Both the position numbers and the translations under genes were made by a program. Below are positions 18,458-28,057 of a stretch of DNA of 64,000 bases, piece after piece; the stretch's first letter is position 1, and every line of letters begins with the position of its first letter. The stretch covers positions 1 through 64,000 of the forward strand of contig CAVYNY010000004.1 in NCBI GenBank assembly GCA_963769935.1, read 5' to 3'. Under the pieces are notes generated by a model, which was given only the letters and a program-made list of their open reading frames with translations, made no database searches and had not been told where the DNA came from. Origin of the DNA: an uncultured delta proteobacterium. GTDB taxonomy: Bacteria > Desulfobacterota > Desulfobacteria > Desulfobacterales > JAFDCJ01.

Positions 18458-19684
18458 ATGACCAAGCTAGAGATGCTTATCGAAAAGGGTGTCAAAATTG
18501 CCAACCCGGCCGGCATTGAAATCGGGGATGACGTTGATGTTAACCGCATCTCCGGCGACGGCGTTGTCATCCATTCCGGCTGTAAAATATTTGGCGCCGA
18601 CACCTTGATCTTGACGGGGGTCAAACTGGGCCATGAAGCACCGGCTACGGTCGAAGACTGCCAGATCGGACCTGAAGTTGAACTTAAGGGAGGATATTTC
18701 AACAGATCGGTATTCTTAGATAAAGCAAAGCTGGGCATGGGTTCCCATGTGCGGGAAGCGACCATTCTCGAAGAGCAGGCCAGCATCGCCCACACCGTTG
18801 CCTTAAAGCATACCATTCTCTTCCCTTTCGTCACGCTGGGCAGTCTGATCAATTTTTGCGATTGCCTGATGGCCGGCGGTACCAGCCGCAAAAATCACAG
18901 TGAAGTCGGCAGCTCCTACATTCATTTTAATTTCACGCCCAGCCAGGATAAGGCCACCCCCTCTTTGATCGGGGATGTACCCAGGGGGGTTATGTTGAAC
19001 CAGAAACCGATCTTTTTAGGCGGACAAGGCGGTCTGGTGGGTCCGTGCCGGCTGGGCTACGGCATCACGGCGGCCGCCGGCACCATTGTGCGCAAGGACG
19101 AGTTGCGCTCGGATCGAATCATCATGGGCGGGGCAGGGAAGGGGGGCAGTCTGGCCTTTACGCCGGGTAAATTCCGCAACGACACGCGAATTGTTGCCAA
19201 CAATCTTATCTATATCGGCAACCTGCTTGCTTTAAAGCAGTGGTATGTCCAGGTTCGGTCGTTATTTATTTCCAATCGCTTCCCCCAAGCCCTGCTCCAG
19301 GGCCTCCGGGAAAAAGTCGACTTGGCCATCGGGGAGAGAATCAATCGGCTGGAAGCGGTAATTCTAAAGAAACCGGAAATGGACCGGATAGATGAGGTAC
19401 CCGGGTCCTTGAAGCAAAGACTTGAGCTCCATGAACGCTGGACCGAGCTGAAGGAATCTTTGACCATCGAAAAAGCCCATGAATCCAATGGCGGTCTGAT
19501 GGAAAGATTTCTTGAGAAAGTCCTGGACGGTATCTCAAAATCAGGCAAGGACTACTTAAGGGTGATCCAGGGGCTCGATCCGGCAGATGCCGAACTTGGC
19601 ACCCAATGGCTCCTGAAGACGGTTGATGACAGCCTGATTGAATTTAAAAAAAATATGCCGGCATTGTTCAATTTACAATCCTGA
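18458..19684 (+). CDS. GlmU-like protein: left-handed beta-helix acetyltransferase domain plus helical C-terminal extension
   Basis: Hexapeptide-like repeats resembling the GlmU C-domain (GVKIANP...HFNF...DK...AAGTIVRKD); no GxGTRM uridyltransferase motif; adjacent to glmM. Confidence 0.7.
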   Translation: MTKLEMLIEKGVKIANPAGIEIGDDVDVNRISGDGVVIHSGCKIFGADTLILTGVKLGHEAPATVEDCQIGPEVELKGGYFNRSVFLDKAKLGMGSHVREATILEEQASIAHTVALKHTILFPFVTLGSLINFCDCLMAGGTSRKNHSEVGSSYIHFNFTPSQDKATPSLIGDVPRGVMLNQKPIFLGGQGGLVGPCRLGYGITAAAGTIVRKDELRSDRIIMGGAGKGGSLAFTPGKFRNDTRIVANNLIYIGNLLALKQWYVQVRSLFISNRFPQALLQGLREKVDLAIGERINRLEAVILKKPEMDRIDEVPGSLKQRLELHERWTELKESLTIEKAHESNGGLMERFLEKVLDGISKSGKDYLRVIQGLDPADAELGTQWLLKTVDDSLIEFKKNMPALFNLQS

Positions 19685-19762
19685 ATATGCTATTTTTGAG
19701 GGTGGATCGATTAACACATTTTTCTTTTTCGGAAATATTCTCGACAATTAAAAGAAAGCGAC

Positions 19763-21148
19763 ATGAAAAAACTTTTCGGAACAGATGGAATTCGCGGGGT
19801 GGCGAATGAATATCCCATCACGGCGGAAATGACGGTGCGGGTCGGCAGGGCGGTTGCCACTTATTTCCAAAATCCAAGCAATTCCTCCAAAATAATCATC
19901 GGTAAAGATACCCGATTATCGGGCGTCATGCTGGAGTCGGCCATGGTTTCAGGCATATGTTCAGCCGGGGCAGATGCCTGTGTGACAGGTGTGTTGCCGA
20001 CTCCTGCAATTGCCCATCTTACGTCTTTTTATAAGGCAATCGCCGGCGTTATGATTTCCGCTTCACACAATCCATATTACGATAACGGCATCAAAGTGTT
20101 TAATGGTGACGGTTACAAGTTAACCGATGAACAAGAAACTGAAATCGAAAAATTAGTACTAAATGACGCACCCGGCGCGCGGAATAATGAATCTCATAAG
20201 ATAGGCATTTATCACAATATCGAAGAATCCGAATCCGATTATATCACTTTTCTAAAGAACGCGGTGCCGGCTGACATACTTTTCAAGGGAGTGAAAATCG
20301 TACTGGATTGTTCCAACGGCGCCACCTACCGGGTTGCACCGCAATTGTTTGCGGAATTGGGTGCCGACGTTGAAACCCTGGCGGCTATGCCAAACGGCAT
20401 CAATATCAACGACGGCTGCGGCTCGCAGCATACCGAACATTTAATTAAGGCGGTTAAGGCCGCGCGGGCCGATCTCGGTCTTGCGTTTGACGGGGATGGC
20501 GACCGCTTGATTGCCGTGGACGAAACCGGTGAAGTTTTAACCGGCGACCACATTCTGGCTATTTGCGCCAAAGTTATGAACCGGAAAGGCACATTGAAAA
20601 ACAACCTTGTCGTCAGCACCATCATGAGCAACATGGGATTTGGAGTCGCTTTGAAACATATGGGAATCGGGCACGAGATTACCCAGGTAGGCGACCGTTA
20701 TGTCATCCAACGCATGCTTGCTACCGGCGCTGTGCTGGGTGGAGAAGATTCGGGGCACATGATTTTTGCAGATTACCACACCACCGGAGACGGCATCCTA
20801 ACGGCTCTGAAACTGATCGAAGCCGTGCAAACCGAAAATGAGAGCCTGTCCAATTTAAGCAAGATTATGACGGTATTTCCTCAGATCCTGATGAATGTCG
20901 ATGTACAGTCAAAGCCGGCTATCGAAGCGGTACCCGAAATTATGGAAGCTATCCGATCCGTCGCCGCCGAATTGGGCGACAACGGCAGGGTGCTGGTGCG
21001 CTACTCGGGTACCCAGCCGCTTTGCCGGGTCATGGTGGAAGGCCCTGATGAAACCTCTACTCGAAGATATTGCAATCAAATAGCTGATATTGTAAAGAAT
21101 AGTATTGGGGCTGGCGGTAAGGGAAACGGCGAATCAGAGAGACGCTGA
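19763..21148 (+). CDS. glmM: Phosphoglucosamine mutase
   Basis: LFGTDGIRG, ISASHNP, DGDGDR, GGEDSGH, RYSGTQP. Confidence 0.96.
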   Translation: MKKLFGTDGIRGVANEYPITAEMTVRVGRAVATYFQNPSNSSKIIIGKDTRLSGVMLESAMVSGICSAGADACVTGVLPTPAIAHLTSFYKAIAGVMISASHNPYYDNGIKVFNGDGYKLTDEQETEIEKLVLNDAPGARNNESHKIGIYHNIEESESDYITFLKNAVPADILFKGVKIVLDCSNGATYRVAPQLFAELGADVETLAAMPNGININDGCGSQHTEHLIKAVKAARADLGLAFDGDGDRLIAVDETGEVLTGDHILAICAKVMNRKGTLKNNLVVSTIMSNMGFGVALKHMGIGHEITQVGDRYVIQRMLATGAVLGGEDSGHMIFADYHTTGDGILTALKLIEAVQTENESLSNLSKIMTVFPQILMNVDVQSKPAIEAVPEIMEAIRSVAAELGDNGRVLVRYSGTQPLCRVMVEGPDETSTRRYCNQIADIVKNSIGAGGKGNGESERR

Positions 21149-21257
21149 ACCAGAGGTCTTTAAAGCCGGGGAACGGGGAATTCAAATGTTGCTCATGCGG
21201 TGAATGGGTGAAGCGGATTGCCGTTTTCCCCATCCACCGGCTTAATATTATCTCGGA

Positions 21258-21980
21258 TTATCGGCGATTGCCTAAAATTCTCAGCAGCATTAAAAAGAGG
21301 TTGATAAAATCCAGGTATAATTTCAAAGCGCCTAAAATCGCTCCTTTTCGGACAACCCCGGCTTCGAGGCCTTCCGGCTGGGTTGAGGCCATGGTTTTAA
21401 GGTGCTGCGTATCATAGGCTGTCAGGCCGATAAACACAAGGACGCCAATATAGCTGATGATCATTTGCATCGCTGAGCTGCGAATAAACATGTTGACCAC
21501 TGAAGCGATAATAATGCCGATAAGCCCCATGAACATGAAGCCGCCCAATGAGGTCAAATCGCGTTTGGTCATCCAGCCGTAAAGGCTGCAGGCCACAAAG
21601 GTTGCGGCACAGACGAAAAATGTCGAACCGATGGACGTGCTGGTGTAAGCCAGGAAGATAATTGAAAGGGTTGCGCCATTTAATGCCGCATAAATTACAA
21701 ACATTGCGGTTGCTGTTGAGGCTTGCATTTTTTGAACTCTAGCGCTAAGGATGAATACCAGGGCGAGTTCACCGATTATCAACCCGTAAAACAGCATGGT
21801 TGGGCGCAGTTGATTCCCGGCGACCTGAAAAAGCAGTCCCAAGGCACTCTCGCTGTGGGCGACGTAATACGCAACGAAACCGGTCAGTCCCAGTCCTATG
21901 GCCATCCAATTGTAGACGCTGCGTATAAATTCGTTGACGCGGACCTGAACCTGCGTTTGTTTAAGGGGCACTGATTCCAT
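21258..21980 (-). CDS. Bax inhibitor-1/YccA family membrane protein
   Basis: Seven TM helices; VYNWM, YDTQ and LYLDFINLF motifs. Confidence 0.93.
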   Translation of the reverse strand: MESVPLKQTQVQVRVNEFIRSVYNWMAIGLGLTGFVAYYVAHSESALGLLFQVAGNQLRPTMLFYGLIIGELALVFILSARVQKMQASTATAMFVIYAALNGATLSIIFLAYTSTSIGSTFFVCAATFVACSLYGWMTKRDLTSLGGFMFMGLIGIIIASVVNMFIRSSAMQMIISYIGVLVFIGLTAYDTQHLKTMASTQPEGLEAGVVRKGAILGALKLYLDFINLFLMLLRILGNRR

Positions 21981-22091
21981 TGTCTTCCTCCTGAAAATAA
22001 AATTTCAATAAATTACAATGCGTTTTAATCTTATATGCGGTAAATATAACACAAGCGCCGCTTTTTGCAAGACCCAGATGTCGAGAGTCAA

Positions 22092-22373
22092 ATGAAACCG
22101 GAACAAATTTATCAGGAATTGAAAGATTTGGCTGAGAAATTGGAAATCCATGTATCCGAGCAGAATCTAAGGACGGCCGGCATAAAAGTTAAAAGCGGAT
22201 TATGCAAGGTCAAAGGTAAAAACACGTTTATTATGGATAAGCACAAATCCATTCACAAAAAAATAAAAATTCTGGCCTCCCAATTGGCAGAATTACCCTG
22301 CGAGAATGTTTTTATCGTACCGGCGGTGAGGGAGTTGCTGGAGAAACACAAAAAAATGAAGATTGAAGATTGA
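22092..22373 (+). CDS. Conserved-type hypothetical protein
   Basis: MKPEQIYQELKDLAEKLEI...SGLCKVKG...IVPAVRELLE; ATG 22092 is in frame with the track ORF. Confidence 0.75.
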   Translation: MKPEQIYQELKDLAEKLEIHVSEQNLRTAGIKVKSGLCKVKGKNTFIMDKHKSIHKKIKILASQLAELPCENVFIVPAVRELLEKHKKMKIED

Positions 22374-22521
22374 AAATTGAATATTTGTGGTATCCTATCT
22401 TTTTAATCTCGCATTCGTAATCAATAGCGCAGGAACCCGAAATCGAGTAAATTATAATGGATAGGGCACCAGAACGGATTTTTTAGCCACCGGAGGGGCG
22501 GATTTACAGGCCGGACTAAAA

Positions 22522-22549
22522 AGTTTACATAATATATCTTATCAGACGT
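22522..22549 (-). other. dif: Probable chromosomal dif site (XerCD recombination site)
   Basis: Minus strand ACGTCTGATAA-GATATA-TTATGTAAACT has 11-6-11 architecture; compare E. coli GGTGCGCATAA-TGTATA-TTATGTTAAAT. It is intergenic and GGGNAGGG octamers converge on it. Confidence 0.82.
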
Positions 22550-22584
22550 TAATAAAATTTGGCAAAATTGAGATTAATTTTGTA

Positions 22585-23974
22585 ATGTTCGAAGATGGTC
22601 ATATAACGCCGGATCACGCCGGTGGACAGCAGCGAAAAATTTATTCGGTGACCGAATTAAATACCGAAATTAAATCCTTGCTCGAAGATAGTTTTCCGTT
22701 TGTCTGGATATATGGAGAAATTTCTAATTTTCGCACCCCGGTCTTCCGGCCATTTTTATTTTACCTTAAAAGATGCCGCATCGCAGATCAGTGCCGTGAT
22801 GTTTCGTGGTCAACAGCGCAATTTAAAATTTAGGCCCGCAGACGGAATGAGCGTTACCGGTATGGGACGACTCAGCGTGTATGATCCTCGCGGCACCTAT
22901 CAAATCATTCTTGAATACCTGGAACCTTCGGGTATCGGGGCGCTTCAGATAGCTTTTGAAAAGCTGAAAAAGCGTCTGGCCGATGAAGGCTGTTTTGATG
23001 AAGCGCATAAACGGGCACTGCCTTTTTTGCCTAGAAAAATCAGTATCATAACCTCACCTACCGGCGCCGTGGTCCATGATATTCTAAAAATTATCAATCG
23101 CCGCTTTCCCAATATCCATATCCAGATCATTCCGGTAAAGGTGCAGGGTCATGGTTCGGCCGAAGAAATTGTGGCGGCTTTGGAACAGTTAAACGCGCGG
23201 AATGAAGCCGACGTTGCCATCCTGGCCCGGGGCGGCGGATCTTTGGAGGACCTTCAGGCCTTTAACACTGAAAAGGTGGCTCGCGCAATCTTCGCATCTG
23301 AAATTCCCATTATTTCTGCCGTGGGCCATGAAACCGATTACACCATTTCCGATTTTGCGGCTGATCTGCGGGCACCGACACCTTCCGCCGCCGCTGAACT
23401 CGTTGTTCCGGAAAGATCCGAACTTCAACGCCGCTGCAATGAAATACGGATGCGTTTGGTGAATAATGCTTTAAACTATTTAAATTCATTAAGAATTAAA
23501 TTAAATGATACGTCACAACGTTTGATCGATCCTCGGCGCAAATTTGAAGATTATAGGCTTCGGTTGGATGATCTTGTAGCGCGCTTAAATCGGGTCCTTT
23601 TATTCCGGATCCGGCGCGAACGTGAACATCTTGTCTTATGGGAGAATCGACTCGCTGCCAACACCCCCCGAATACTATTGAAAAAAACTAAAGCTCAGCA
23701 TGAACAAACATTTAGTAACCTTATAAAATCATTAATAATATATAAACATTCAAGGCAAATTAGAATTCGTGAACTGACGGCCAAACTTGAGGCGTTGAAT
23801 CCCCTGGCAATCCTTGCCCGGGGCTACAGCGTCACCCGCACCATTCCTGATGCAATGATCGTAAAAGATTCGCAATTGGTTGCTTTGGATCAGGCTTTGG
23901 AGGTGATGCTGGCCAAAGGTCGACTGCTTTGTCGAGTGCAAGGAAAAACCAACGATGGCAAAAAGGACATTTGA
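22585..23974 (+). CDS. xseA: Exodeoxyribonuclease VII large subunit (one extra base near 22740)
   Basis: YSVTELN...VWIYGEISNF joins SGHFYFTLKD; ARGGGSLEDL, GHETD, RAPTPSAAAE; upstream of xseB. Confidence 0.95.
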
Positions 23975-24209
23975 ACAGGCGCTGAAACAACTGGAGCAGA
24001 TCGTTCGGGACCTGGAATCCGGCGATATCCCTTTGGAAAAGGCGATAAAAAAATTTGAAGAAGGGATTGAGCTTTCGAATTTTTGCGCTGAAAAATTGGA
24101 CGAATCCGAAAAAAGAGTTACTATGTTAACGCAGGATGCGGCGGGCAATATGTCCGATATGCCGTTTGCCGCTGAAAATCGGAATTTCGGCGATAAGGAT
24201 GAGGATTAA
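23955..24209 (+). CDS. xseB: Exodeoxyribonuclease VII small subunit
   Basis: TFEQALKQLEQIV..LE.G..PLEKAI..FEEG. Confidence 0.95.
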   Translation: MAKRTFEQALKQLEQIVRDLESGDIPLEKAIKKFEEGIELSNFCAEKLDESEKRVTMLTQDAAGNMSDMPFAAENRNFGDKDED

Positions 24210-24219
24210 ATAGCAGCTA

Positions 24220-25110
24220 ATGTTTGACCTGCGGCTTTATATCGAGCAGAAAAACCAGCAGATTAACGAAGCGTTGGGAAAAATATTCCAAAATTTTCAT
24301 CCTCACGAAACGTTGATCGATGCCATGCAATATTCTTTGATGGCCGGCGGCAAACGCATTCGACCTGTTTTATGCCTTGGTGCAGCCGAAGCGGTCGGCG
24401 GAAAACCGGAGGATGCATTGACGGTGGGCTGCGCCATAGAGATGATCCATACCTATTCGCTGATTCACGACGATCTGCCTGCCATGGATAATGATGGTTT
24501 GCGTCGGGGAAAACCCACCTGCCATATCGCCTTTGATGAAGCCACTGCCCTTCTGGCCGGAGACGCCCTGCTGACGCTGGCTTTTGAGGTTCTTTCTTCG
24601 GCAGCGATAGCAGGTGAAGGTACAGCCGCGAAATGGCTGGAAGTTATACAAATAATTGCCACGGCCGCCGGTTGTCGGGGTATGATTCAGGGCCAGATGC
24701 TGGACATGGCCTCGCAAGGCGGCAAGCTGTCTGTCGAGGAGCTTGAATCCATGCATTCTCTAAAGACCGGGGCGCTGATCCAGGCATCTTTGCATTGCGG
24801 AGCGCTCATCGCGGACGCCGGTGCACCTCAAAAGCAAATGCTTAAAACCTATGCCCGCCATATCGGTCTTGCATTTCAGGTAACAGACGACATTCTGAAT
24901 GTCGAAGGTAATCCGGAATTGATGGGCAAGGCAATCGGAACCGATCATCAGCACGCCAAAAGCACCTACCCTTCCATCCTGGGTCTGGAACCCTCCAAAA
25001 AATTTGCACAACAACTTGTGCGGAATGCATTGCAAGAACTTGAAAATTTTGATAAAAAGGCCGATCCTCTCCGCGCATTGGCAGTTTATATTGTAGAAAG
25101 AAAAAGATAG
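24220..25110 (+). CDS. ispA: Farnesyl/geranylgeranyl diphosphate synthase
   Basis: GGKRIRP, HDDLPAMD..LRRG, KTGAL, FQVTDD; xseB-ispA-dxs synteny. Confidence 0.93.
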   Translation: MFDLRLYIEQKNQQINEALGKIFQNFHPHETLIDAMQYSLMAGGKRIRPVLCLGAAEAVGGKPEDALTVGCAIEMIHTYSLIHDDLPAMDNDGLRRGKPTCHIAFDEATALLAGDALLTLAFEVLSSAAIAGEGTAAKWLEVIQIIATAAGCRGMIQGQMLDMASQGGKLSVEELESMHSLKTGALIQASLHCGALIADAGAPQKQMLKTYARHIGLAFQVTDDILNVEGNPELMGKAIGTDHQHAKSTYPSILGLEPSKKFAQQLVRNALQELENFDKKADPLRALAVYIVERKR

Positions 25111-25139
25111 AGGATTCGCTAAATGGAGTTTTTCAAACA

Positions 25140-27023
25140 TTGAGTCTCTTAGAAACCATCAATTCCCCAGCCGATTTAAAGAAGCTTGCAAGAAAAGATC
25201 TTCCGATTCTGGCCGATGAAATTCGTCAAGTCATTATTGAGGTTGTTTCCAAAAACGGCGGCCACCTGGCTTCCAGTCTTGGCGCCGTGGAACTGGCGAT
25301 TGCCATTCATTATGTCTTTGATACTCCGAATGATAAGTTGATCTGGGACGTCGGGCACCAGGCCTATGCTCATAAATTGCTGACGGGCCGGCGTGATCAA
25401 TTTTATTCTCTTCGCCGACACAAGGGTATAGCCGGTTTTACCCGCTTGGGAGAAAGCCCTTATGACACGGTGTCAACCGGACACAGCAGTACTTCAATAT
25501 CCGCCAGCCTGGGCATCGCCCATGCCAAATATTTAAAAAAAGAAAATTCAAAGGTTATTGCCGTAATCGGTGACGGGTCGATGACCGCCGGCATTGCCTA
25601 TGAAGGACTCAACCAGGCGGGGGATAAATTTAAAGACCGGGAACTCATCGTTATCCTGAATGACAACGATATGTCGATTTCGCGCAATGTGGGGGCCCTG
25701 TCTTCCTTCCTAAGCCGAACTTTTTCAGCCAAGCGGCTCCAGGACGCCAGGAAGGAGCTTGGTGAATTTTTGAAATCACTGCCCAAATTCGGCGACGATA
25801 TCTATCAATTTGCCAAACGAACGGAAGAGTCCTTTAAAGCATTCACGACGCCGGGGATGCTTTTTGAAGCCTTCAATTTCGAATATTTTGGTCCCATTAA
25901 CGGGCACAAGCTAAATCATTTGATTGACATTTTGAATAATATTAAATACCTGAAAGAACCGGTCTTGCTGCATGTAACAACTCAAAAAGGCAAGGGCTAT
26001 GCCCCGGCGGAAAAAAATCCGGTTTATTTTCATGGATGCGGCTGCTTCGATGTTGAGACCGGCACCTGTATCGACCCTGTCAACCTTGTGCCGACATACA
26101 CCGAAGTTTTCGGTCAGGCCTTGGTTGACCTGGCTGAAAAAGATCAGCGAATCGTCGCGGTGACTGCCGCCATGCCGGAAGGAACCGGTTTGGCGAAATT
26201 TGCCGAGATCTTTCCTGATCGTTTTTTTGATGTGGGGATCGCAGAACAGCATGGCGTTACCTTTGCAGCCGGCATGGCCACCGAAGGATTAAAACCCGTG
26301 GTCGCAATTTATTCCACCTTCCTGCAGCGGGCTTACGACCAGGTTTTGCATGATGTGTGCCTGGATCGCCTGCCGGTAATTTTTGCCGTTGACCGAAGCG
26401 GTATTGTCGGTGAAGATGGATCCACCCATCATGGTTTGTTTGATCTCTCCTTCCTCAGAAGTCTGCCGAACATGGTCGTTATGGCACCGGCCGATGAGAA
26501 TGAATTGCGGCGCATGCTGCTCACCGCCCTCCAGCATGATGGTCCCATAGCGTTTCGCTACCCACGGGGTGCGGCCACGGGCGTTCCAATAGAGAAAACC
26601 AACCGTCCCTTACCTCTGGGGAAAGCCAAAATTCTGACAAAGGGAGACGATATTCTGATTCTGGCGATCGGTCGGCCGGTCAATGACGCGCTGGAGGCTT
26701 ATGAAACTTTGAAGCAGCAGGGAATATGCGCCACCGTGGTGAACTGCCGGTTTGTCAAACCTCTGGACGTCGATCTCATTTGTTCACTGGCGCGAGATAT
26801 CCCGCATATAATTACAATTGAAGAAAATGTACGTCAGGGCGGGTTCGGCAGCGCCGTGCTGGAAGCATTAAGTGACGAAGGCATCTCGGGTGTTCGGGTT
26901 GAGCGCATCGGTGTTGCGGATACCTTTGTCGAACACGGACCGCAGCAGCTGCTGCGGTCATTATACGGCATTGACGCTCCCGCAATTGTAAAGGCGGCGA
27001 AGCGGATGATAGACGGCAATTAA
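25140..27023 (+). CDS. dxs: 1-deoxy-D-xylulose-5-phosphate synthase
   Basis: GGHLASSLG, WDVGHQAY, GDGS...NDN, DVGIAEQH, YSTFLQRAYDQ. Confidence 0.97.
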   Translation: MSLLETINSPADLKKLARKDLPILADEIRQVIIEVVSKNGGHLASSLGAVELAIAIHYVFDTPNDKLIWDVGHQAYAHKLLTGRRDQFYSLRRHKGIAGFTRLGESPYDTVSTGHSSTSISASLGIAHAKYLKKENSKVIAVIGDGSMTAGIAYEGLNQAGDKFKDRELIVILNDNDMSISRNVGALSSFLSRTFSAKRLQDARKELGEFLKSLPKFGDDIYQFAKRTEESFKAFTTPGMLFEAFNFEYFGPINGHKLNHLIDILNNIKYLKEPVLLHVTTQKGKGYAPAEKNPVYFHGCGCFDVETGTCIDPVNLVPTYTEVFGQALVDLAEKDQRIVAVTAAMPEGTGLAKFAEIFPDRFFDVGIAEQHGVTFAAGMATEGLKPVVAIYSTFLQRAYDQVLHDVCLDRLPVIFAVDRSGIVGEDGSTHHGLFDLSFLRSLPNMVVMAPADENELRRMLLTALQHDGPIAFRYPRGAATGVPIEKTNRPLPLGKAKILTKGDDILILAIGRPVNDALEAYETLKQQGICATVVNCRFVKPLDVDLICSLARDIPHIITIEENVRQGGFGSAVLEALSDEGISGVRVERIGVADTFVEHGPQQLLRSLYGIDAPAIVKAAKRMIDGN

Positions 27024-27185
27024 ATGCTGCAACGGGTTCATTAAAATTGACTGGATACCTTGATTTCAGTCATTTTAGGAATTTTGTAATTTCAGGCATC
27101 TATTTGAGAACCCTCCCCCTTTCAATCAAGATATATCTTTATATCTTGGCAGAAATTTTACCAGGCTAACTATAAAGGCCCTAAT

Positions 27186-27941
27186 TTGTCCGCCAATAAA
27201 CTAAGACTTGATCGGCTGCTGGTTGCAAAAGGTCTGGCCCCAAGCCGTCAGCGCGCACAAGCCATGATCATGGCGGGCAAGATTATGGTGAATAGCCGGC
27301 CGGCAGTCAAGGCGGGGATCCTGGTTGCCCAAGATGACTGCATCGAGTTGAAGGGCCAGGATATGCCTTGGGCCAGCCGGGGCGGATTAAAGCTCGATGC
27401 GGCTTTGCAGGCGCTGGCGTTGGATGTTAACGGCTCGATTTGCCTTGATGTCGGCGCTTCCACCGGAGGCTTTACCGATTGTCTGCTTCACCGGGGCGCT
27501 GCGCGGGTTTATGCGGTCGATGTCGGCTACGGGCAACTGGCCTGGAAACTCAGACAGGATCCGCGGGTGGTGGTTATCGAACGTACCAATATACGGTACA
27601 TGCCGGCCGAAACAGTTGCCGAACCGATCGACCTGGCCACAATCGATGTTTCCTTTATTTCGCTGAAAATTGTCGTTCCCGCAGTAACTGTTTTTCTCAA
27701 TAAGGATGCCCGCATTCTGGCGTTGATAAAACCACAATTTGAAGTCGGCAAAAATCACGTTGGAAAAGGAGGTGTCGTCAGGGATGAAACCCTGCATGCC
27801 CAAGTCATTCATGATTTATCTTCATTTTTTAAAGAAGAAGGCCTATTTTGCGAAAAGGTCATTCCGTCACCGGTACTCGGACCGAAAGGCAACCGAGAGT
27901 TTTTTATCCTGTTGCAGCCCAACTCGGGTGGCTTTAACTGA
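27186..27941 (+). CDS. tlyA: TlyA family rRNA methyltransferase
   Basis: S4 domain RLD.LL; SRGGLKL, DVGASTGGFTD, DVSFISL, LIKPQFE, GNREF. Confidence 0.95.
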   Translation: MSANKLRLDRLLVAKGLAPSRQRAQAMIMAGKIMVNSRPAVKAGILVAQDDCIELKGQDMPWASRGGLKLDAALQALALDVNGSICLDVGASTGGFTDCLLHRGAARVYAVDVGYGQLAWKLRQDPRVVVIERTNIRYMPAETVAEPIDLATIDVSFISLKIVVPAVTVFLNKDARILALIKPQFEVGKNHVGKGGVVRDETLHAQVIHDLSSFFKEEGLFCEKVIPSPVLGPKGNREFFILLQPNSGGFN

Positions 27942-28057
27942 TTTTAGACTTGCTTTTTTCCAGCTTAACAGATAGTGATTCCATTTTAATTTTTCGCCGA
28001 CGAATGAAATAAATATGAAAGGGCGTTACCGTACGCTAAGGGAAGAGAGGAGTTTAT

